Shown: positions 38,301-50,570 of the stretch, in pieces
Layout of the letters: each line of letters opens with the position of its first letter
Position numbering within the stretch: the stretch's first letter is position 1
Assembly (NCBI RefSeq): GCF_009914755.1
Contig: NC_060935.1
Reading direction: 5' to 3' (one strand)
DNA: 64,000 nucleotides
From: the human T2T-CHM13v2.0 reference genome, Homo sapiens
The notes under the pieces: model-generated
Told to the model about the DNA's origin: nothing
Databases searched by the model: none
What the model saw: the letters and a program-made list of their open reading frames with translations, nothing else
Made by a program: the position numbers and the translations under genes

Positions 38301-41300
38301 GCCTGTAGTGGAAAAGGAAAATCTTCACATAAAAACTAGATGGAAGCATTCTCAGAAACTACTTTGTGATGATTGCATTCGACTCACAGATTTGAACATT
38401 CCTATAGATAGAGCAGGTTGTAAACAATCTTTTTGTAGAATCTGCGATTGGAGATTTGGACTGCTTTGAGGCCTACTGTAGTAAAGGAAATAACTTCATC
38501 TAAAAACCAAACGGAAGCATTCACAGACAATTCTTAGTGATCATTGGATTGAACTAACAGAGCTGAACATTCCTTTAGATGGCGCAGTTTCCAAACACAC
38601 TTTCTGTAGAATCTGCAAGTGGATATTTGGACTTCTCTGAGGATTTCGTTGGAAACGGGATAAACTTCCCAGAACTACACGGAAGCATTGTGAGAAACTT
38701 CTTTGTGATGTTTGCATTCAACTCACAGAGTTGAAACTTGCTTTCATAGTTCAGCTTTCAAACACTCTTTTTGTAGAATCTGCAAGTGGATATTTGGACC
38801 ACTTTTTGGGCTTCCTTCGAAACGGGTATATCTTCACATCAAACCTAGACAGAAACATTCTCAGAATGTTTCCTGTGATGACTGCATTCAACTCACAGAG
38901 GTGAACAATCCTGCTGATGGAGCAGTTTTGAAACTCTCTTTCTTTGGATTCTGCAAGTGGATATGTGGACCTCTGTGAAGATTTAGTTGGAAACGTGTTC
39001 ATCTTCACAGAAAAACTAAACAGGAGCATTCTCAGAAACTGCTTTGTGATGTTTGTGTTCCACTTCAAGAATTGAACTTTCCTCTTGACAGAGCAGCTCT
39101 GAAACCCTATTTTTCTAGAATATGCAAGTGGACATTTGGAGGGCTTTGAGGCCTGTGGTGGAAAAGGAAAATCTTCACATAAAAACTAGATGGAAGCATT
39201 CTCAGAAACTACTTTGTGATGATTGCATTCGACGCACAGAGTTGAACATTCCTATAGATAGAGCAGGTTGTAAACAATCTTTTTGTAGAATCTGCGATTG
39301 GAGATTTGGACTGCTTTGAGGCCTACTGTAGTAAAGGAAATAACTTCATCTAAAAACCAAACGGAAGCATTCACAGACAATTCTTAGTGATCATTGCATT
39401 GAACTAACAGAGCTGAACATTCCTTTAGATGGAGCAGTTTCCAAACCCACTTTCTGTAGAATCTGCAAGTGGATATTTGGACTTCTCTGAGGATTTCGTT
39501 GGAAACGGGATAAAATTCCCAGAACTACACGGAAGCATTCTGAGAAACTTCTTTGTAATGTTTGCATTCAACTCACAGAGTTGAACCTTGCTTTCATAGT
39601 TCAGCTTTCAAACACTCTTTTTGTACAATCTGCAAGTGGATATTTGGACCACTTTGTGGCCTTCCTTCGAAACGGGTATATCTTCATATCAAACCTAGAC
39701 AGAAGCATTCTCAGAATGTTTCCTGTGATGACTGCATTCAACTCACAGAGGTGAACAATCCTGCTGATGGAGCAGTTTTGAAACTCTCTTTCTTTGGATT
39801 CTGCAAGTGGATATGTGGACCTCTGTGAAGATTTCGTTGGAAACGGGTTCATCTTCACAGAAAAACTAAACAGGAGCATTCTCAGAAAGTGCTTTGTGAT
39901 GTTTGTGTTCCACTTCAGGAATTGAACTTTCCTCTTGACAGAGCAGCTCTGAAACCCTCTTTTTCTAGAATCTGCAAGTGGACATTTGGAGGGCTTTGAG
40001 GCCTGTGGTGGAAAAGGAAAATCTTCACATAAAAACTAGATGGAAGCATTCTCAGAAACTACTTTGTGATGATTGCATTCGACTCACAGAGTTGAACATT
40101 CCTATAGATAGAGCAGGTTGTAAACAATCTTTTTGTAGAATCTGCGATTGGAGATTTGGACTGCTTTGAGGCCTACTGTAGTAGAGGAAATAACTTCATC
40201 TAAAAACCAAACGGAAGCATTCACAGACAATTCTTAGTGATCATTGCATTGAACTAACAGAGCTGAACATTCCTTTAGATGGAGCAGTTTCCAAACACAC
40301 TTTCTGTAGAATCTGCAAGTGGATATTTGGACTTCTCAGAGGATTTCGTTAGAAACGGGATAAACTTCCCAGAACTACACGGAAGCATTGTGAGAAACTT
40401 CTTTGTGATGTTTGCATTCAACTCACAGAGTTGAAACTTGCTTTCATAGTTCAGCTTTCAAACACTCTTTTTGTAGAATCTGCAAGTGGATATTTGGACC
40501 ACTTTGTGGCCTTCCTTCGAAACGGGTATATCTTCACATCAAACCTAGACATAAGCATTCTCAGAATGTTTCCTGTGAAGACTGCATTCAACTCACAGAG
40601 ATGAACAATCCGGTTGATGGAGCACTTTGGAAACTCTCTTTCTTTGGATTCTGCAAGTTGATATGTGGACCTCTGTGAAGATTTCGTTGGAAACGGGTTC
40701 ATCTTCACAGAAAAACTAAACAGAAGCATTCTCAAAAACTACTTTGTGATGTTTGTGTTCCACTTCAAGAATTGAACTTTCCTCTTGACAGAGCAGTTCT
40801 GAAAACCTCTTTTTCTAGAATCTGCAAGTGGACATTTGGAGGGCTTTGAGGCCTGTGGTGGAAAAGGAAAATCTTCACATAAAAACTAGATGGAAGCATT
40901 CTCAGAAACTACTTTGTGATGATTGCATTTGACTCACAGAGTTGAACATTCCTATAGATAGAGCAGGTTGTAAACAATCTTTTTGTAGAATCTGCGATTG
41001 GAGATTCGGACTGCTTTGAGGCCTACTGTAGTAAAGGAAATAACTTCATCTAAAAACCAAACGGAAGCATTCACAGACAATTCTTAGTGATCATTGCATT
41101 GAACTAACAGAGCTGAACATTCCTTTAGATGGCGCAGTTTCCAAACACACTTTCTGTAGAATCTGCAAGTGGATATTTGGACCTCTCTGAGGATTTCGTT
41201 GGAAATGGGATAAACTTCCCAGAACTACACGGAAGCATGCTGAGAAACTTCTTTGTGATGTTTGCATTCAACTCACAGAGTTGAACCTTGCTTTCATAGT

Positions 41301-44300
41301 TCAGCTTTCAAACACTCTTTTTGTAGAATCTGCAAGTGGATATTTGGACCACTTTGTGGCCTTCCTTCGAAACGGGTATATCTTCACATCAAACCTAGAC
41401 AGAAGCATTCTCAGAATGTTTCCTGTGATGACTGCATTCAACTCACAGAGGTGAACAATCCTGCTGATGGAGCAATTTTGAAACTCTCTTTCTTTGGATT
41501 CTGCAAGTGGATATGTGGACCTCTGTGAAGATTTCGTTGGAAACGGGTTCATCTTCACAGAAAAACTAAACAGAAGCATTCTCAGAAACTGCTTTGTGAT
41601 GTTTGTGTTCCACTTCAGGAATTGAACTTTCCTCTTGACAGAGCAGCTCTGAAACCCTCTTATTCTAGAATCTGCAAGTGGACATTTGGAGGGGTTTGAG
41701 GCCTGTAGTGGAAAAGGAAAATCTTCACATAAAAACTAGATGGAAGCATTCTCAGAAACTACTTTGTGATGATTGCATTCGACTCACAGAGTTGAACATT
41801 CCTATAGATAGAGCAGGTTGTAAACAATCTTTTTGTAGAATCTGCGATTGGAGATTTGGACTGCTTTGAGGCCTACTGTAGTAAAGGAAATAACTTCATC
41901 TAAAAACCAAACGGAAGCATTCACAGACAATTCTTAGTGATCATTGCATTGAACTAACAGAGCTGAACATTCCTTTAGATGGAGCAGTTTCCAAACACAC
42001 TTTCTGTAGAACCTGCAAGTGGATATTTGGACCTCTCTGAGGATTTCGTTGGAAACGGGATAAACTTCCCAGAGCTACACGGAAGCATTGTGAGAAACTT
42101 CTTTGTGATGTTTGCATTCAACTCACAGAGTTGAACCTTGCTTTCATAGTTCAGCTTTCAAACACTCTTTTTGTAGAATCTGCAAGTGGATATTTGGACC
42201 ACTTTGTGGCCTTCCTTCGAAACGGGTATATCTTCACATCAAACCTAGACAGAAGCATTCTCAGAATGTTTCCTGTGATGACTGCATTCAACTCACAGAG
42301 GTGAACAATTCTGCTGATGGAGCAGTTTTGAAACTCTCTTTCTTTGGATTCTGCAAGTGGATATGTGGACCTCTATGAAGATTTCGTTGGAAACGGGTTC
42401 ATCTTCACAGAAAAACTAAACAGAAACATTCTCACAAACTGCTTTGTGATGTTTGTGTTCCACTTCAGGAATTGAACTTTCCTCTTGACAGAGCGGCTCT
42501 GAAACCCTCTTTTTCTAGAATCTGCAAGTGGACATTTGGAGGGCTTTGAGGCCTGTGGTGGAAAAGGAAAATCTTCACATAAAAACTAGATGGAAGCATT
42601 CTCAGAAACTACTTTGTGATGATTGCATTCGACTCACAGAGTTGAACATTCCTATAGATAGAGCAGGTTGTAAACAATCTTTTTGTAGAATCTGCGATTG
42701 GAGATTTGGACTGCTTTGAGGCCTACTGTAGTAAAGGAAATAACTTCATCTAAAAACCAAACGGAAGCATTCACAGACAATTCTTAGTGATCATTGGATT
42801 GAACTAACAGAGTTGAACATTCCTTTAGATGGCGCAGTCTCCAAACACACTTTCTGTAGAATCTGCAAGTGGATATTTGGACTTCTCTGAGGATTTCGTT
42901 GGAAACGGGATAAACTTCCCAGAACTACACGGAAGCATTGTGAGAAACTTCTTTGTGATGTTTGCATTCAACTCACAGAGTTGAACCTTGCTTTCATAGT
43001 TCAGCTTTCAAACCCTCTTTTTGTAGAATCTGCAAGTGGATATTTGGGCCACTTTGTGGCCTTCCTTCGAAACGGGTATATCTTCACATCAAACCTAGAC
43101 AGAAGCATTCTCAGAATGTTTCCTGTGATGACTGCATTCAACTCACAGAGGTGAACAATCCTGCTGATGGAGCAGTTTTGAAACTCTCTTTCTTTGGATT
43201 CTGCAAGTGGATATGTGGACCTCTGTGAAGATTTCGTTGGAAACGGGTTCATCTTCACAGAAAAACTAAACAGGAGCATTCTCAGAAACTGCTTTGTGAT
43301 GTTTGTGTTCCACTTCAAGAATTGAACTTTCCTCTTGACAGAGCAGCTCTGAAACCCTATTTTTCTAGAATCTGCAAGTGGACATTTGGAGGGCTTTGAG
43401 GCCTGTGGTGGAAAAGGAAAATCTTCACATAAAAACTAGATGGAAGCATTCTCAGAAACTACTTTGTGATCATTGCATTCGACTCACAGAGTTGAACATT
43501 CCTATAGATAGAGCAGGTTGTAAACAATCTTTTTGTAGAAAATGCGATTGGAGATTTGGACTGCTTTGAGGCCTACTGTAGTAAAGGAAATAACTTCATC
43601 TAAAAACCAAACGGAAGCATTCACACACAATTCTTAGTGATCATTGGATTGAACTAACAGAGCTGAACATTCCTTTAGATGGAGCAGTTTCCAAACCCAC
43701 TTTCTGTAGAATCTGCAAGTGGATATTTGGACTTCTCTGAGGATTTCGTTGGAAACGGGATAAACTTCCCAGAACTACACGGAAGCATTGTGAGAAACTT
43801 CTTTGTGATGTTTGCATTCAACTCACAGAGTTGAACCTTGCATTCATAGTTCAGCTTTCAAACACTCTTTTTGTAGAATCTGCAAGTGGATATTTGGACC
43901 ACTTTGTGGCCTTCCTTCGAAACGGGTATATCTTCACATCAAACCTAGACAGAAGCATTCTCAGAATGTTTCCTGTGATGACTGCATTCAACTCACAGAG
44001 GTGAACAATCCTGCTGATGGAGCAGTTTTGAAACTCTCTTTCTTTGGATTCTACAAGTGGATATGTGGACCTCTGTGAAGATTTCGTTGGAAACGGGTTC
44101 ATCTTCACAGAAAAACTAAACAGAAGCATTCTCAGAAACTGCTTTGTGATGTTTGTGTTCCACTTCAGGAATTGAACTTTCCTCTTGACAGAGCAGCTCT
44201 GAAACCCTCTTATTCTAGAATCTGCAAGTGGACATTTGGAGGGCTTTGAGGCCTGTGGTGGAAAAGGAAAATCTTCACATAAAAACTAGATGGAAGCATT

Positions 44301-47300
44301 CTCAGAAACTACTTTGTGATGATGGCTTTCGACTCACAGAGTTGAACATTCCTATAGATAGAGCAGGTTGTAAACAATCTTTTTGTAGAATCTGCGATTG
44401 GAGATTTGGACTGCTTTGAGGCCTACTGTACTAAAGGAAATAACTTCATCTAAAAACCAAACGGAAGCATTCACAGACAATACTTAGTGATCATTGGATT
44501 GAACTAACAGAGCTGAACATTCCTTTAGATGGAGCAGTTTCCAAACACACTTTCTGTAGAATCTGCAAGTGGATATTTGGACTTCTCGGAGGATTTCGTT
44601 GGAAACGGGATAAAATTCCCAGAACTACACGGAAGCATTCTGAGAAACTTCTTTGTAATGTTTGCATTCAACTCACAGAGTTGAACCTTGCTTTCATAGT
44701 TCAGCTTTCAAACACTCTTTTTGTACAATCTGCAAGTGGATATTTGGACCACTTTGTGGCCTTCCTTCGAAACGGGTATATCTTCATATCAAACCTAGAC
44801 AGAAGCATTCTCAGAATGTTTCCTGTGATGACTGCATTCAACTCACAGAGGTGAACAATCCTGCTGATGGAGCAGTTTTGAAACTCTCTTTCTTTGGATT
44901 CTGCAAGTGGATATGTGGACGTCTGTGAAGATTTCGTTGGAAACGGGTTCATCTTCACAGAAAAACTAAACAGGAGCATTCTCAGAAAGTGCTTTGTGAT
45001 GTTTGTGTTCCACTTCAGGAATTGAACTTTCCTCTTGACAGAGCAGCTCTGAAACCCTCTTTTTCTAGAATCTGCAAGTGGACATTTGGAGGGCTTTGAG
45101 GCCTGTGGTGGAAAAGGAAAATCTTCACATAAAAACTAGATGGAAGCATTCTCAGAAACTACTTTGTGATGATTGCATTCGACTCACAGAGTTGAACATT
45201 CCTATAGATAGAGCAGGTTGTAAACAATCTTTTTGTAGAATCTGCGATTGGAGATTTGGACTGCTTTGAGGCCTACTGTAGTAGAGGAAATAACTTCATC
45301 TAAAAACCAAACGGAAACATTCACAGACAATTCTTAGTGATCATTGCATTGAACTAACAGAGCTGAACATTCCTTTAGATGGAGCAGTTTCCAAACACAC
45401 TTTCTGTAGAATCTGCAAGTGGATATTTGGACTTCTCTGAGGATTTCGTTGGAAACGGGATAAACTTCCCAGAACTACACGGAAGCATTCTGAGAAACTT
45501 CTTTGTGATGTTTGCATTCAACTCACAGAGTTGAACCTTGCTTTCATAGTTCAGCTTTCAAACACTCTTTTTGTAGAATCTGCAAGTGGATATTTGGACC
45601 ACTTTGTGGCCTTCCTTCGAAACGGGTATATCTTCACATCAAACCTAGACAGAAGCATTCTCAGAATGTTTCCTGTGATGACTGCATTCAACTCACAGAG
45701 GTGAACAATCCTGTTGATGGAGCAGTTTTGAAACTCTCTTTCTTTGGATTCTGCAAGTTGATATGTGGACCTCTGTGAAGATTTCGTTGGAAACGGGTTC
45801 ATCTTCACAGAAAAACTAAACAGAATCATTCTCAGAAACTGCTTTGTGATGTTTGTGTTCCACTTCAGGAATTGAACTTTCCTCTTGACAGAGCAGCTCT
45901 GAAACCCTCTTTTTCTAGAATCTGCAAGTGGACATTTGGAGGGCTTTGAGGTCTGTGGTGGAAAAGGAAAATCTTCACATAAAAACTAGATGGAAGCATT
46001 CTCAGAAACTACTTTGTGATGATTGCATTCGACTCACAGAGTTGAACATTCCTATAGATAGAGCAGGTTGTAAACAATCTTTTTGTAGAATCTGCGATTG
46101 GAGATTTGGACTGCTTTGAGGCCTACTGTAGTAAAGGAAATAACTTCATCTAAAAACCAAACGGAAGCATTCACAGACAATTCTTAGTGATCATTGCATT
46201 GAACTAACAGAGCTGAACATTCCTTTAGATGGAGCAGTTTCCAAACACACTTTCTGTAGAATCTGCAAGTGGATATTTGGACTTCTCTGAGGATTTCGTT
46301 GGAAACGGGATAAACTTCCCAGAACTACACGGAAGCATTGTGAGAAACTTCTTTGTGATGTTTGCATTCAACTCACAGAGTTGAACCTTGCTTTCATAGT
46401 TCAGCTTTCAAACACTCTTTTTGTAGAATCTGCAAGTGCATATTTGGACCACTTTGTGGCCTTCCTTCGAAACGGGTATATCTTCACATCAAACCTAGAC
46501 AGAAGCATTCTCAGAATGTTTCCTGTGAAGACTGCATTCAACTCACAGAGATGAACAATCCTGTTGATGGAGCACTTTGGAAACTCTCTTTCTTGGGATT
46601 CTGCAAGTTGATATGTGGACCTCTGTGAAGATTTCTTTGGAAACGTGTTCATCTTCACAGAAAAACTAAACAGAAGCATTCTCAAAAACTACTTTGTGAT
46701 GTTTGTGTTCCACTTCAAGAATTGAACTTTCCTCTTGACAGAGCAGCTCTGAAAACCTCTTTTTCTAGAATCTGCAAGAGGACATTTGGAGGGCTTTGAG
46801 GTGGTGGAAAAGGAAAATCTTCACATAAAAACTAGATGGAAGCATTCTCAGAAACTACTTTGTGATGATTGCATTCGACTCACAGAGTTGAACATTCCTA
46901 TAGATAGAGCAGGTTGTAAACAATCTTTTTGTAGAATCTGCGATTGGAGATTTGGACTGCTTTGAGGCCTACTGTAGTAGAGGAAATAACTTCATCTAAA
47001 AACCAAACGGAAGCATTCACAGACAATTCTTAGTGATCATTGCATTGAACTAACAGAGCTGAACATTCCTTTAGATGGCGCAGTTTCCAAACACACTTTC
47101 TGTAGAATCTGCAAGTGGATATTTGGACCTCTCTGAGGATTTCGTTAGAAACGGGATAAACTTCCCAGAACTACACGGAAGCATGCTGAGAAACTTCTTT
47201 GTGATGTTTGCATTCAACTCACAGAGTTGAACCTTGCTTTCATAGTTCAGCTTTCAAACACTCTTTTTGTAGAATCTGCAAGTGGATATTTGGACCACTT

Positions 47301-50300
47301 TGTGGCCTTCCTTCGAAACGGGTATATCTTCACATCAAACCTAGACAGAAGCATTCTCAGAATGTTTCCTGTGATGACTGCATTCAACTCACAGAGGTGA
47401 ACAATCCTGCTGATGGAGCAATTTTGAAACTCTCTTTCTTTGGATTCTGCAAGTGGATATGTGGACCTCTGTGAAGATTTCGTTGGAAACGGGTTCATCT
47501 TCACAGAAAAACTAAACAGAAGCATTCTCAGAAACTGCTTTGTGATGTTTGTGTTCCACTTCAGGAATTGAACTTTCCTCTTGACAGAGCAGCTCTGAAA
47601 CCCTCTTATTCTAGAATCTGCAAGTGGACATTTGGAGGGCTTTGAGGCCTGTGGTGGAAAAGGAAAATCTTCACATAAAAACTAGATGGAAGCATTCTCA
47701 GAAACTACTTTGTGATGATTGCATTCGACTCACAGAGTTGAACATTCCTATAGATAGAGCAGGTTGTAAACAATCTTTTTGTAGAATCTGCGATTGGAGA
47801 TTTGGACTGCTTTGAGTCCTACTGTAGTAAAGGAAATAACTTCATCTAAAAACCAAACGGAAGCATTCACAGACAATTCTTAGTGATCATTGCATTGAAC
47901 TAACAGAGCTGAACATTCCTTTAGATGGAGCAGTTTCCAAACACACTTTCTGTAGAACCTGCAAGTGGATATTTGGACCTCTCTGAGGATTTCGTTGGAA
48001 ACGGGATAAACTTCCCAGAACTACACGGAAGCATGCTGAGAAACTTCTTTGTGATGTTTGCATTCAACTCACAGAGTTGAACCTTGCTTTCATAGTTCAG
48101 CTTTCAAACACTCTTTTTGTAGAATCTGCAAGTGGATATTTGGACCACTTTGTGGCCTTCCTTCGAAACGGCTATATCTTCACATCAAACCTAGACAGAA
48201 GCATTCTCAGAATGTTTCCTGTGATGACTGCATTCAACTCACAGAGGTGAACAATCCTGCTGATGGAGCAGTTTTGAAACTCTCTTTCTTTGGATTCTGC
48301 AAGTGGATATGTGGACCTCTGTGAAGATTTCGTTGGAAACGGGTTCATCTTCACAGAAAAACTAAACAGAAACATTCTCACAAACTGCTTTGTGATGTTT
48401 GTGTTCCACTTCAGGAATTGAACTTTCCTCTTGACAGAGCAGCTCTGAAACCCTCTTATTCTAGAATCTGCAAGTGGACATTTGGAGGGCTTTGAGGCCT
48501 GTAGTGGAAAAGGAAAATCTTCACATAAAAACTAGATGGAAGCATTCTCAGAAACTACTTTGTGATGATTGCATTCGACTCACAGATTTGAACATTCCTA
48601 TAGATAGAGCAGGTTGTAAACAATCTTTTTGTAGAATCTGCGATTGGAGATTTGGACTGCTTTGAGGCCTACTGTAGTAAAGGAAATAACTTCATCTAAA
48701 AACCAAACGGAAGCATTCACAGACAATTCTTAGTGATCATTGGATTGAACTAATAGAGCTGAACATTCCTTTAGATGGCGCAGTTTCCAAACACACTTTC
48801 TGTAGAATCTGCAAGTGGATATTTGGACTTCTCTGAGGATTTCGTTGGAAACGGGATAAACTTCCCAGAACTACACGGAAGCATTGTGAGAAACTTCTTT
48901 GTGATGTTTGCATTCAACTCACAGAGTTGAAACTTGCTTTCATAGTTCAGCTTTCAAACACTCTTTTTGTAGAATCTGCAAGTGGATATTTGGACCACTT
49001 TTTGGGCTTCCTTCGAAACGGGTATATCTTCACATCAAACCTAGACAGAAACATTCTCAGAATGTTTCCTGTGATGACTGCATTCAACTCACAGAGGTGA
49101 ACAATCCTGCTGATGGAGCAGTTTTGAAACTCTCTTTCTTTGGATTCTGCAAGTGGATATGTGGACCTCTGTGAAGATTTAGTTGGAAACGTGTTCATCT
49201 TCACAGAAAAACTAAACAGGAGCATTCTCAGAAACTGCTTTGTGATGTTTGTGTTCCACTTCAAGAATTGAACTTTCCTCTTGACAGAGCAGCTCTGAAA
49301 CCCTATTTTTCTAGAATATGCAAGTGGACATTTGGAGGGCTTTGAGGCCTGTGGTGGAAAAGGAAAATCTTCACATAAAAACTAGATGGAAGCATTCTCA
49401 GAAACTACTTTGTGATGATTGCATTCGACGCACAGAGTTGAACATTCCTATAGATAGAGCAGGTTGTAAACAATCTTTTTGTAGAATCTGCGATTGGAGA
49501 TTTGGACTGCTTTGAGGCCTACTGTAGTAAAGGAAATAACTTCATCTAAAAACCAAACGGAAGCATTCACAGACAATTCTTAGTGATCATTGCATTGAAC
49601 TAACAGAGCTGAACATTCCTTTAGATGGAGCAGTTTCCAAACCCACTTTCTGTAGAATCTGCAAGTGGATATTTGGACTTCTCTGAGGATTTCGTTGGAA
49701 ACGGGATAAAATTCCCAGAACTACACGGAAGCATTCTGAGAAACTTCTTTGTAATGTTTGCATTCAACTCACAGAGTTGAACCTTGCTTTCATAGTTCAG
49801 CTTTCAAACACTCTTTTTGTACAATCTGCAAGTGGATATTTGGACCACTTTGTGGCCTTCCTTCGAAACGGGTATATCTTCATATCAAACCTAGACAGAA
49901 GCATTCTCAGAATGTTTCCTGTGATGACTGCATTCAACTCACAGAGGTGAACAATCCTGCTGATGGAGCAGTTTTGAAACTCTCTTTCTTTGGATTCTGC
50001 AAGTGGATATGTGGACCTCTGTGAAGATTTCGTTGGAAACGGGTTCATCTTCACAGAAAAACTAAACAGGAGCATTCTCAGAAAGTGCTTTGTGATGTTT
50101 GTGTTCCACTTCAGGAATTGAACTTTCCTCTTGACAGAGCAGCTCTGAAACCCTCTTTTTCTAGAATCTGCAAGTGGACATTTGGAGGGCTTTGAGGCCT
50201 GTGGTGGAAAAGGAAAATCTTCACATAAAAACTAGATGGAAGCATTCTCAGAAACTACTTTGTGATGATTGCATTCGACTCACAGAGTTGAACATTCCTA

Positions 50301-50570
50301 TAGATAGAGCAGGTTGTAAACAATCTTTTTGTAGAATCTGCGATTGGAGATTTGGACTGCTTTGAGGCCTACTGTAGTAGAGGAAATAACTTCATCTAAA
50401 AACCAAACGGAAGCATTCACAGACAATTCTTAGTGATCATTGCATTGAACTAACAGAGCTGAACATTCCTTTAGATGGAGCAGTTTCCAAACACACTTTC
50501 TGTAGAATCTGCAAGTGGATATTTGGACTTCTCAGAGGATTTCGTTAGAAACGGGATAAACTTCCCAGAA
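29320..50570 (+). repeat. Tandem duplication of a 13-HOR block (about 29320-40370) followed by a 12-HOR copy (about 40370-50570) lacking one HOR
   Basis: Variants recur at +11046 in the first part (29566/40612, 29961/41007, 32313/43359) and at +10196 in the rest (4-bp deletion 36605/46801, GCTATA 37975/48171, box variant 40351/50547). Confidence 0.92.
36601..36610 (+). other. 4-bp deletion (GAGG[CCTG]TGGTGG) giving an 846-bp HOR; second copy at about 46801
   Basis: TGAGGTGGTGGAAAAGG replaces TGAGGCCTGTGGTGGAAAAGG, and the register shifts by 4 bp at both sites. Confidence 0.95.

Noticed and set aside
24198-50556. TTCGTTAGAAACGGG box variants as CENP-B box losses
   Set aside because: The G-to-A change lies at a non-core position, and nTTCGnnnnAnnCGGGn remains intact.
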